Source of the DNA: a virus
Lineage: Duplodnaviria > Heunggongvirae > Uroviricota > Caudoviricetes
IMG/VR virus record: IMGVR_UViG_2695420699_000004
Reading direction: 5' to 3' (one strand)
Length of the DNA: 9,316 bases
Positions within the stretch are counted from its first letter, which is position 1; each line of letters begins with the position of its first letter. Below are positions 1-7,766 of the stretch, piece after piece. Both the position numbers and the translations under genes were made by a program. The notes under the pieces are model-generated. The model did no database searches and was not told where the DNA came from. It saw nothing but the letters and a program-made list of their open reading frames with translations.

Positions 1-1217
1 CGACGCTGAAAAAGCCGAAACAGTCCGGCGTGAAGGTGTCTGCGGGCGATCGTCAGGAAGACAGTGCTCATGCTGCCCTGCTGACGCTTCAGGCTGAACT
101 CCGGACGCTGGAGAAGCATGCCGGAGCAAATGAGAAAATCAGCCAGCAGCGCCGGGATTTGTGGAGGGCGGAGAGTCAGTTCGCGGTACTGGAGGAGGCG
201 GCGCAACGTCGCCAGCTGTCTGCACAGGAGAAATCCCTGCTGGCGCATAAAGATGAGACGCTGGAGTACAAACGCCAGCTGGCTGCACTTGGCGACAAGG
301 TTACGTATCAGGAGCGCCTGAACGCGCTGGCGCAGCAGGCGGATAAATTCGCACAGCAGCAACGGGCAAAACGGGCCGCCATTGATGCGAAAAGCCGGGG
401 GCTGACTGACCGGCAGGCAGAACGGGAAGCCACGGAACAGCGCCTGAAGGAACAGTATGGCGATAATCCGCTGGCGCTGAATAACGTCATGTCAGAGCAG
501 AAAAAGACCTGGGCGGCTGAAGACCAGCTTCGCGGGAGCTGGATGGCAGGCCTGAAGTCCGGCTGGAGTGAGTGGGAAGAGAGCGCCACGGACAGTATGT
601 CGCAGGTAAAAAGTGCAGCCACGCAGACCTTTGATGGTATTGCGCAGAATATGGCGGCGATGCTGACCGGCAGTGAGCAGAACTGGCGCAGCTTCACCCG
701 TTCCGTGCTGTCCATGATGACAGAAATTCTGCTTAAGCAGGCAATGGTGGGGATTGTCGGGAGTATCGGCAGCGCCATTGGCGGGGCTGTTGGTGGCGGC
801 GCATCCGCGTCAGGCGGTACAGCCATTCAGGCCGCTGCGGCGAAATTCCATTTTGCAACCGGAGGATTTACGGGAACCGGCGGCAAATATGAGCCAGCGG
901 GGATTGTTCACCGTGGTGAATTTGTCTTCACGAAGGAGGCAACCAGCCGGATTGGCGTGGGGAATCTTTACCGGCTGATGCGCGGCTATGCCACCGGCGG
1001 TTATGTCGGTACACCGGGCAGCATGGCAGACAGCCGGTCGCAGGCGTCCGGGACGTTTGAGCAGAATAACCATGTGGTGATTAACAACGACGGCACGAAC
1101 GGGCAGATAGGTCCGGCTGCTCTGAAGGCGGTGTATGACATGGCCCGCAAGGGTGCCCGTGATGAAATTCAGACACAGATGCGTGATGGTGGCCTGTTCT
1201 CCGGAGGTGGACGATGA
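1..1217 (+). CDS. H: Tail tape measure protein, C-terminal ~405 codons (5'-partial; frame open from position 3, stop TGA 1215-1217)
   Basis: Reading frame is open from the window start (codons 3-5, 6-8 ... with no stop); the ORF track begins at a GTG at 30 but the gene clearly continues upstream. Long coiled-coil-like, Gln/Ala/Arg/Glu-rich sequence followed by a Gly-rich hydrophobic segment (VGIVGSIGSAIGGAVGGGASASGG), typical of siphovirus tape-measure proteins. Sits directly upstream of M-L-K-I-J as in lambda. Stop overlaps the M start (ATGA at 1214-1217). Confidence 0.9.
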   Translation, partial: TLKKPKQSGVKVSAGDRQEDSAHAALLTLQAELRTLEKHAGANEKISQQRRDLWRAESQFAVLEEAAQRRQLSAQEKSLLAHKDETLEYKRQLAALGDKVTYQERLNALAQQADKFAQQQRAKRAAIDAKSRGLTDRQAEREATEQRLKEQYGDNPLALNNVMSEQKKTWAAEDQLRGSWMAGLKSGWSEWEESATDSMSQVKSAATQTFDGIAQNMAAMLTGSEQNWRSFTRSVLSMMTEILLKQAMVGIVGSIGSAIGGAVGGGASASGGTAIQAAAAKFHFATGGFTGTGGKYEPAGIVHRGEFVFTKEATSRIGVGNLYRLMRGYATGGYVGTPGSMADSRSQASGTFEQNNHVVINNDGTNGQIGPAALKAVYDMARKGARDEIQTQMRDGGLFSGGGR

Positions 1218-1543
1218 AGACCTTCCGCTGGAAAGTGAAACCCGGTATGGATGTGGCTTCGGTCCCTTCTGTAAGAAAGGTGCGCTTTGGTGATGGCTAT
1301 TCTCAGCGAGCGCCTGCCGGGCTGAATGCCAACCTGAAAACGTACAGCGTGACGCTTTCTGTCCCCCGTGAGGAGGCCACGGTACTGGAGTCGTTTCTGG
1401 AAGAGCACGGGGGCTGGAAATCCTTTCTGTGGACGCCGCCTTATGAGTGGCGGCAGATAAAGGTGACCTGCGCAAAATGGTCGTCGCGGGTCAGTATGCT
1501 GCGTGTTGAGTTCAGCGCAGAGTTTGAACAGGTGGTGAACTGA
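1214..1543 (+). CDS. M: Minor tail protein M (109 aa)
   Basis: 109-aa ORF with a strong Shine-Dalgarno GGAGGTGG at 1203-1210 before ATG 1214. Start overlaps the H stop and the stop overlaps the L start (translational coupling). Length and position match lambda gpM as I recall it. Confidence 0.9.
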   Translation: MKTFRWKVKPGMDVASVPSVRKVRFGDGYSQRAPAGLNANLKTYSVTLSVPREEATVLESFLEEHGGWKSFLWTPPYEWRQIKVTCAKWSSRVSMLRVEFSAEFEQVVN

Positions 1544-2241
1544 TGCAGGATATCCGGCAGGAAACACTGAATGAATGCACCCGTGCGGAGCAGTCGGCCA
1601 GCGTGGTGCTCTGGGAAATCGACCTGACAGAGGTCGGTGGAGAACGTTATTTTTTCTGTAATGAGCAGAACGAAAAAGGTGAGCCGGTCACCTGGCAGGG
1701 GCGACAGTATCAGCCGTATCCCATTCAGGGGAGCGGTTTTGAACTGAATGGCAAAGGCACCAGTACGCGCCCCACGCTGACGGTTTCTAACCTGTACGGT
1801 ATGGTCACCGGGATGGCGGAAGATATGCAGAGTCTGGTCGGCGGAACGGTGGTCCGGCGTAAGGTTTACGCCCGTTTTCTGGATGCGGTGAACTTCGTCA
1901 ACGGAAACAGTGACGCCGATCCGGAGCAGGAGGTGATCAGCCGCTGGCGCATCGAGCAGTGCAGCGAACTGAGCGCGGTCAGTGCCTCTTTTGTACTGTC
2001 CACGCCGACGGAAACGGACGGTGCCGTTTTTCCGGGACGTATCATGCTGGCCAACACCTGCACCTGGACCTATCGCGGTGATGAGTGCGGTTATCACGGT
2101 CCGGCGGTCGCGGATGAATATGATCAGCCGACGTCCGATATCACGAAGGATAAATGCAGCAAATGCCTGAGCGGCTGTAAGTTTCGCAATAACGTCGGCA
2201 ACTTTGGCGGCTTCCTTTCCATTAACAAACTTTCGCAGTAA
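1543..2241 (+). CDS. L: Minor tail protein L (232 aa), tail-tip protein with C-terminal Cys cluster
   Basis: 232-aa ORF whose ATG at 1543 overlaps the M stop TGA (1541-1543) by 1 nt. C-terminal Cys-rich stretch (CTWTYRGDECGYHG...CSKCLSGC), consistent with the Fe-S-binding tail-tip protein gpL described for lambda. Synteny M-L-K-I. Confidence 0.9.
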   Translation: MQDIRQETLNECTRAEQSASVVLWEIDLTEVGGERYFFCNEQNEKGEPVTWQGRQYQPYPIQGSGFELNGKGTSTRPTLTVSNLYGMVTGMAEDMQSLVGGTVVRRKVYARFLDAVNFVNGNSDADPEQEVISRWRIEQCSELSAVSASFVLSTPTETDGAVFPGRIMLANTCTWTYRGDECGYHGPAVADEYDQPTSDITKDKCSKCLSGCKFRNNVGNFGGFLSINKLSQ

Positions 2242-2246
2242 ATCCC

Positions 2247-2990
2247 ATGACAGAGACAGAATCAGCGATTCTGGCGCACGCCCGGCGATGTGCGCCAGCG
2301 GAGTCGTGCGGCTTCGTGGTGAGAACACCGGAGGGGGAAAGATATTTTCCCTGCGTGAATATCTCCGGTGAGCCGGAGGCGTATTTCCGGATGTCGCCGG
2401 AGGACTGGCTGCGGGCAGAGATGCAGGGTGAGATTGTGGCGCTGGTCCACAGCCACCCCGGTGGTCTGCCCTGGCTGAGTGAGACCGACCGGCGGCTGCA
2501 GGTGCAGAGTGATTTGCCGTGGTGGCTGGTTTGCCGGGGGGCGATTCACAAGTTCCGCTGTGTGCCACATCTTTCCGGGCGGCGCTTTGAGCACGGGGTG
2601 ACGGACTGTTACACGCTGTTCCGGGATGCTTACCATCTGGCGGGGATTGAGATGCCGGATTTTCATCGCGAGGATGACTGGTGGCGTCACGGTCAGAATC
2701 TCTATCTGGATAATCTGGAGGCCACAGGGCTGTATCAGGTGCCGTTGTCATCAGCACAACCGGGCGATGTGCTGCTGTGCTGTTTTGGTTCATCGGTGCC
2801 GAATCATGCCGCCATTTACTGTGGTGACAGCGAGCTGCTGCACCATATTCCTGAACAACTGAGCAAACGAGAGAGGTACACCGACAAATGGCAGCGACGC
2901 ACACACTCCCTCTGGCGTCACCGGGAATGGCACGCATCTGCCTTTACGGGGATTTGCAACGATTTGGCCGCCGCATCGACCTTCGTGTGA
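2247..2990 (+). CDS. K: Tail assembly protein K, JAB/MPN metalloprotease domain + NlpC/P60 cysteine peptidase domain (247 aa as the long ORF; alternative internal start at 2391 gives 199 aa)
   Basis: Contains a complete JAMM motif H-x-H-x7-S-x2-D (VHSHPGGLPWLSETD, about nt 2449-2490), then an NlpC/P60-like Cys (GVTDCYTLF) and downstream His residues (NHAAIYCG...LLHHIP). 3' end overlaps the I start by 103 nt in another frame. The long ORF has a weak SD; the internal ATG 2391 is preceded by GGAGG (2375-2379). Confidence 0.85.
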   Translation: MTETESAILAHARRCAPAESCGFVVRTPEGERYFPCVNISGEPEAYFRMSPEDWLRAEMQGEIVALVHSHPGGLPWLSETDRRLQVQSDLPWWLVCRGAIHKFRCVPHLSGRRFEHGVTDCYTLFRDAYHLAGIEMPDFHREDDWWRHGQNLYLDNLEATGLYQVPLSSAQPGDVLLCCFGSSVPNHAAIYCGDSELLHHIPEQLSKRERYTDKWQRRTHSLWRHREWHASAFTGICNDLAAASTFV

Positions 2991-3559
2991 AAACGGGGGC
3001 TGAAGCCATCCGCGCACTGGCCACACAGCTCCCGGCGTTTCGTCAGAAACTGAGCGACGGCTGGTATCAGGTACGGATTGCCGGGCGGGACGTCAGCACG
3101 TCCGGGTTAACGGCGCAGTTACATGAGACTCTGCCTGACGGCGCTGTGATTCATATTGTTCCCAGCGTCGCCGGGGCCAAGTCAGGGGGCGTATTCCAGA
3201 TTGTTCTGGGGGCTGCCGCCATTGCCGGATCATTCTTTACTGCCGGAGCCACCCTTGCAGCATGGGGGGCAGCCATTGGGGCCGGTGGTATGACCGGCAT
3301 CCTGTTTTCTCTCGGTGCCAGTATGGTGCTCGGTGGTGTGGCGCAGATGCTGGCACCGAAAGCCAGAACTCCCCGTACACAGACAACGGATAACGGTAAG
3401 CAGAACACCTATTTCTCCTCACTGGATAACATGGTTGCCCAGGGCAATGTTCTGCCTGTTCTGTACGGTGAAATGCGCGTGGGGTCACGTGTGGTTTCTC
3501 AGGAGATCAGCACGGCAGACGAAGGGGATGGTGGTCAGGTTGTGGTGATTGGTCGCTGA
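2888..3559 (+). CDS. I: Tail assembly protein I (223 aa), N-terminal ubiquitin-like domain ending in Gly-Gly, C-terminal Gly-rich hydrophobic region
   Basis: 223-aa ORF starting inside the K 3' end (different frame). N-terminal ~100 aa end in ...VAGAKSGG, immediately followed by a glycine-zipper-like hydrophobic stretch (VFQIVLGAAAIAGSFFTAGATLAAWGAAIGAGGMTGILFSLGASMVLGG). Position between K and J matches lambda gpI. Confidence 0.9.
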   Translation: MAATHTLPLASPGMARICLYGDLQRFGRRIDLRVKTGAEAIRALATQLPAFRQKLSDGWYQVRIAGRDVSTSGLTAQLHETLPDGAVIHIVPSVAGAKSGGVFQIVLGAAAIAGSFFTAGATLAAWGAAIGAGGMTGILFSLGASMVLGGVAQMLAPKARTPRTQTTDNGKQNTYFSSLDNMVAQGNVLPVLYGEMRVGSRVVSQEISTADEGDGGQVVVIGR

Positions 3560-3577
3560 TGCAAAACATTTTATGTG

Positions 3578-3600
3578 AAACCGCCTGCGGGCGGTTTTGT
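3578..3600 (+). promoter_or_regulatory. GC-rich hairpin in the I-J intergenic region (AAACCGCC-TGCG-GGCGGTTT) followed by a T-rich tract; possible attenuator or RNA-processing/stability element
   Basis: Perfect 8-bp inverted repeat at 3578-3585 / 3590-3597 with a 4-nt loop, followed by TTTGTCGTTT. Lies 21 nt after the I stop (3557-3559) and 20 nt before the J RBS (GGAG 3608-3611). Function not determinable from sequence. Confidence 0.4.
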
Positions 3601-3619
3601 CGTTTATGGAGCGTGACGA

Positions 3620-6600
3620 ATGGGTAAAGGCAGCAGTAAGGGGCATACCCCGCGCGAAGCGAAGGACAACCTGAAGTCCACGCAGCTGCTGAGTGTGATC
3701 GATGCCATCAGCGAAGGGCCGATTGAAGGTCCGGTGGATGGATTAAAAAGCGTGCTGCTGAACAGTACGCCGGTGCTGGACAGTGAGGGGAATACCAATA
3801 TCTCCGGTGTCACGGTGGTGTTCCGGGCCGGTGAGCAGGAGCAGACACCGCCGGAGGGATTTGAATCCTCCGGCTCCGAGACGGTGCTCGGTACGGAAGT
3901 GAAATATGACACGCCGATCACCCGCACCATCACGTCTGCAAATATCGACCGTCTGCGCTTTACCTTCGGTGTGCAGGCACTGGTGGAAACCACCTCAAAA
4001 GGGGACCGGAATCCGTCGGAAGTCCGCCTGCTGGTTCAGATACAACGTAACGGTGGCTGGGTGACGGAAAAAGACATCACCATTAAGGGCAAAACCACCT
4101 CGCAGTATCTGGCCTCGGTGGTGGTGGATAACCTGCCGCCGCGCCCGTTTAATATCCGGATGCGCAGGATGACGCCGGACAGCACCACAGACCAGCTGCA
4201 GAACAAAACGCTCTGGTCGTCATACACCGAAATCATCGATGTGAAACAGTGCTACCCGAACACGGCACTGGTTGGCGTACAGGTGGACTCAGAGCAGTTC
4301 GGCAGTCAGCAGGTGAGCCGTAATTATCATCTGCGCGGGCGTATTCTGCAGGTGCCGTCGAACTATAACCCGCAGACGCGGCAATACAGCGGTATCTGGG
4401 ACGGAACGTTTAAGCCAGCATACAGCAATAACATGGCCTGGTGTCTGTGGGATATGCTGACCCATCCACGCTACGGCATGGGGAAACGTCTTGGTGCGGC
4501 GGATGTGGACAAATGGGCGCTGTATGTCATCGGCCAGTACTGCGACCAGTCAGTGCCGGACGGCTTTGGCGGCACGGAGCCGCGCATCACCTGTAATGCG
4601 TACCTGACCACACAGCGCAAGGCGTGGGATGTGCTCAGTGATTTCTGCTCGGCGATGCGCTGTATGCCGATATGGAACGGGCAGACGCTGACGTTCGTGC
4701 AGGACCGACCATCAGATAAGGTGTGGACCTATAACCGCAGTAATGTGGTGATGCCGGATGATGGCGCGCCGTTCCGCTACAGCTTTAGCGCCCTGAAAGA
4801 CCGCCATAATGCCGTTGAGGTGAACTGGATTGACCCGAACAACGGCTGGGAGACGGCGACAGAGCTTGTGGAGGATACGCAGGCCATTGCCCGTTACGGT
4901 CGTAACGTCACGAAGATGGATGCTTTTGGCTGTACCAGCCGGGGGCAGGCACACCGCGCCGGGCTGTGGCTGATTAAAACAGAACTGCTGGAAACGCAGA
5001 CCGTGGACTTCTGCGTGGGCGCAGAAGGGCTTCGCCATGTGCCGGGCGATGTCATTGAAATCTGTGATGATGACTATGCCGGTATCAGCACCGGTGGTCG
5101 TGTGCTGGCGGTGAACAGCCAGACCCGGACGCTGACGCTCGACCGTGAAATCACGCTGCCATCCTCCGGTACCACGCTGATAAGCCTGGTTGACGGAAGT
5201 GGCAATCCGGTCAGCGTGGAGGTTCAGTCCGTCACCGACGGCGTGAAGGTAAAAGTGAGCCGTGTTCCTGACGGTGTTGCTGAATACAGCGTATGGGGGC
5301 TGAAGCTGCCGACGCTGCGCCAGCGCCTGTTCCGCTGCGTGAGTATCCGTGAGAATGACGACGGCACGTATGCCATCACCGCTGTGCAGCATGTGCCGGA
5401 GAAAGAGGCCATCGTGGATAACGGGGCGCACTTTGACGGCGACCAGAGCGGCACGGTGAATGGTGTCACGCCGCCAGCAGTGCAGCACCTGACCGCAGAA
5501 GTCACCGCAGACAGCGGGGAATACCAGGTGCTGGCGCGCTGGGACACGCCGAAGGTGGTGAAGGGGGGGAGCTTTATGCTTCGCCTGACCGTGGCAGCGG
5601 ATGACGGCAGTGAGCGGCTGGTCAGCACGGCCCGGACGACGGAAACCACATACCGCTTCAGGCAGCTGGCGTTGGGGCGTTACACGCTGACAGTCCGGGC
5701 GGTAAATGCCCGGGGACAGCAGGGCGATCCGGCGTCGGTATCGTTCCGGATTGCCGCACCGGCAGCGCCGTCACAGATTGAGCTGACGCCGGGCTATTTT
5801 CAGATAACTGCCACGCCGCATCTTGCGGTTTATGATCCGACGGTACAGTTTGAGTTCTGGTTCTCGGAAACGCGGATTACCGATATCAGGCAGGTTGAAA
5901 CCACAGCCCGCTACCTTGGCACGGGGCTGTACTGGATAGCCGCCAGTATCAATATCAAACCGGGCCATGATTATTACTTTTATGTTCGCAGTGTGAACAC
6001 CGTTGGCAAATCGGCATTCGTGGAGGCCGTCGGTCGGGCGAGCGATGATGCGGAAGGTTACCTGGATTTTTTCAAAGGCAAGATAACCGAATCTCATCTC
6101 GGCAAGGAGCTGCTGGAAAAAGTCGATCTGACGGAGGATAACGCCAGCAGACTGGAGGAGTTTTCGAAAGAGTGGAAGGACGCTAACGATAAATGGAATG
6201 CCATGTGGGGCGTCAAAATTGAGCAGACCAAAGACGGCAAACATTATGTCGCGGGTATTGGCCTCAGCATGGAGGACACGGAAGAAGGCAAGCTGAGCCA
6301 GTTTCTGGTTGCCGCTAACCGTATCGCGTTTATTGACCCGGCAAACGGGAATGAAACGCCGATGTTTGTGGCGCAGGGCAATCAGATATTCATGAACGAC
6401 GTGTTCCTGAAGCGCCTGACGGCTCCCACCATTACCAGTGGTGGCAGTCCTCCGGTATTTTCCCTGACATCAGACGGAAAGCTGACCGCTAAAAATGCGG
6501 ATATCAGTGGCAGTGTGAATGCGAACTCCGGGACGCTCAACAACGTCACGGTAAATGAAAACTGTACGATTAAGGGCATGCTGGAGGCGACTCAGGTCAG

Positions 6601-7033
6601 AGGTGACTTCGTTAAAGCTGTATCCAAATCATTTCCGAAACAGGCTGGTACGTGGGGTAACACGGAAACACCAAACGGGACGGTTACAGTCACCATCAGC
6701 GATGATCATAACTTTGACCGTCAAATCATTATTCCGCCCATTATCTTTAACGGAATAGCGTATAGCTATCCGGGAAGTGGTAATAACCCGGGAGGTACAA
6801 GTTACACGGGTTATGGTTTTGAAGTTCGCAAAAACGGTGTATTAATCGCATCCAGAGAAACTAAAGGGGCCATTCCCGGTAGCTACAGTGCGGTTATTGA
6901 TATGCCGAGTGGCAGGGGAAGCGTCACTCTGGAGTTTAAGGTTTTCCATAAAGGCAATCAGTGGGCAGGTAATATCACCGACTGTACGGTGATTGTGACC
7001 AAAAAAGCCGCTTCCGGCATCAGTATTCGTTGA
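3620..7033 (+). CDS. J: Host-specificity / central tail fibre protein J (1137 aa)
   Basis: 1137-aa ORF with SD GGAG 8 nt upstream of ATG 3620. Size, position after I, and fibronectin-III-like beta-rich repeats in the middle (e.g. ...[27 protein letters not shown]...) are characteristic of lambda-type gpJ. The C-terminal ~150 aa are compositionally distinct (see findings). Confidence 0.95.
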   Translation: MGKGSSKGHTPREAKDNLKSTQLLSVIDAISEGPIEGPVDGLKSVLLNSTPVLDSEGNTNISGVTVVFRAGEQEQTPPEGFESSGSETVLGTEVKYDTPITRTITSANIDRLRFTFGVQALVETTSKGDRNPSEVRLLVQIQRNGGWVTEKDITIKGKTTSQYLASVVVDNLPPRPFNIRMRRMTPDSTTDQLQNKTLWSSYTEIIDVKQCYPNTALVGVQVDSEQFGSQQVSRNYHLRGRILQVPSNYNPQTRQYSGIWDGTFKPAYSNNMAWCLWDMLTHPRYGMGKRLGAADVDKWALYVIGQYCDQSVPDGFGGTEPRITCNAYLTTQRKAWDVLSDFCSAMRCMPIWNGQTLTFVQDRPSDKVWTYNRSNVVMPDDGAPFRYSFSALKDRHNAVEVNWIDPNNGWETATELVEDTQAIARYGRNVTKMDAFGCTSRGQAHRAGLWLIKTELLETQTVDFCVGAEGLRHVPGDVIEICDDDYAGISTGGRVLAVNSQTRTLTLDREITLPSSGTTLISLVDGSGNPVSVEVQSVTDGVKVKVSRVPDGVAEYSVWGLKLPTLRQRLFRCVSIRENDDGTYAITAVQHVPEKEAIVDNGAHFDGDQSGTVNGVTPPAVQHLTAEVTADSGEYQVLARWDTPKVVKGGSFMLRLTVAADDGSERLVSTARTTETTYRFRQLALGRYTLTVRAVNARGQQGDPASVSFRIAAPAAPSQIELTPGYFQITATPHLAVYDPTVQFEFWFSETRITDIRQVETTARYLGTGLYWIAASINIKPGHDYYFYVRSVNTVGKSAFVEAVGRASDDAEGYLDFFKGKITESHLGKELLEKVDLTEDNASRLEEFSKEWKDANDKWNAMWGVKIEQTKDGKHYVAGIGLSMEDTEEGKLSQFLVAANRIAFIDPANGNETPMFVAQGNQIFMNDVFLKRLTAPTITSGGSPPVFSLTSDGKLTAKNADISGSVNANSGTLNNVTVNENCTIKGMLEATQVRGDFVKAVSKSFPKQAGTWGNTETPNGTVTVTISDDHNFDRQIIIPPIIFNGIAYSYPGSGNNPGGTSYTGYGFEVRKNGVLIASRETKGAIPGSYSAVIDMPSGRGSVTLEFKVFHKGNQWAGNITDCTVIVTKKAASGISIR

Positions 7034-7054
7034 AATTGTTATAACCCATATAAG

Positions 7055-7080
7055 GGCACCAGAAATGGTGCCTTTTTTAT
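7055..7080 (+). terminator. Putative rho-independent terminator downstream of J
   Basis: GGCACC (7055-7060) - AGAAAT loop - GGTGCC (7067-7072), followed immediately by TTTTTTATT (7073-7081); 22 nt after the J stop. Confidence 0.6.
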
Positions 7081-7102
7081 TGCAGAAAAGCGAGAGGTAA
7101 TT

Positions 7103-7702
7103 ATGCGTAAAGTTTGTGCCGCAATTTTGTCCGCAGCCATTTGTCTGGCCGTATCCGGTGCGCCTGCATGGGCGTCTGAACATCAGTCCACGCTGAGCGC
7201 GGGGTATCTTCATGCCTCGACCAACGTTCCCGGCAGCGATGATCTGAACGGGATTAACGTGAAATACCGTTATGAGTTTACGGACACGCTGGGAATGGTG
7301 ACGTCATTCAGCTATGCAGGAGACAAGAATCGCCAGCTTACCCGTTACAGCGATACCCGCTGGCATGAAGATTCCGTGCGTAACCGCTGGTTCAGCGTGA
7401 TGGCGGGGCCGTCTGTGCGCGTGAATGAATGGTTCAGCGCGTATGCGATGGCGGGTATGGCTTACAGCCGTGTGTCGACTTTCTCCGGGGATTATCTTCG
7501 CGTAACTGACAACAAGGGGAAAACGCACGACGTGCTGACCGGAAGTGATGACGGTCGCCACAGCAACACGTCTCTGGCGTGGGGAGCTGGCGTGCAGTTT
7601 AACCCGACCGAATCCGTGGCCATTGATATTGCTTATGAAGGCTCCGGCAGTGGTGACTGGCGCACTGACGGTTTCATCGTGGGTGTCGGTTATAAGTTCT
7701 GA
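7103..7702 (+). CDS. lom: Lom/Ail-family outer-membrane beta-barrel protein (199 aa), lysogenic-conversion cassette
   Basis: SD GAGAGG (7092-7097) 5 nt before ATG 7103. N-terminal signal peptide ([24 protein letters not shown]|SE), alternating amphipathic beta-strand pattern and C-terminal aromatic ...VGVGYKF typical of 8-stranded OMP barrels of the Ail/Lom/OmpX family. Position between J and stf as in lambda. Confidence 0.9.
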
Positions 7703-7728
7703 TTAGCCAGGTAACACAGTGTTATGAC

Positions 7729-7756
7729 AGCCCGCCGGTTCAGGCGGGCTTTTTTG
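7729..7756 (+). terminator. Putative rho-independent terminator downstream of lom
   Basis: AGCCCGCC (7729-7736) - GGTTCA loop - GGCGGGCT (7743-7750) followed by TTTTTT (7750-7755); 27 nt after the lom stop. Confidence 0.7.
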
Positions 7757-7766
7757 TGGGGGGAAT

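Noticed and set aside
308-1567. Minus-strand ORFs 308-826, 810-1475 and 1169-1567, and plus-strand ORFs 118-321 and 754-978, inside H/M
   Set aside because: All are embedded in or antisense to the tape-measure and M frames; compositionally odd and without start signals.
1441-2937. 498-aa minus-strand ORF antisense to L and K
   Set aside because: Low-complexity Pro/Arg/Ala/Ser-rich translation and no RBS; it lies entirely antisense to two well-supported syntenic tail genes. Typical spurious long ORF in GC-rich coding DNA.
7026-7054. Sigma-70-like hexamers upstream of lom (TTGAAA at 7030-7035; TATAAG at 7049-7054)
   Set aside because: Spacing between them is 13 bp, outside the 16-18 bp optimum, and any transcript would run straight into the terminator hairpin at 7055. 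I do not call a promoter here.
3604-7213. Minus-strand ORFs antisense to J (3604-3993, 4036-4236, 4712-5488, 5224-5649, 5771-6244, 6382-6579, 6842-7213)
   Set aside because: J is a single uninterrupted 1137-codon frame with an RBS; the antisense ORFs have no independent support.
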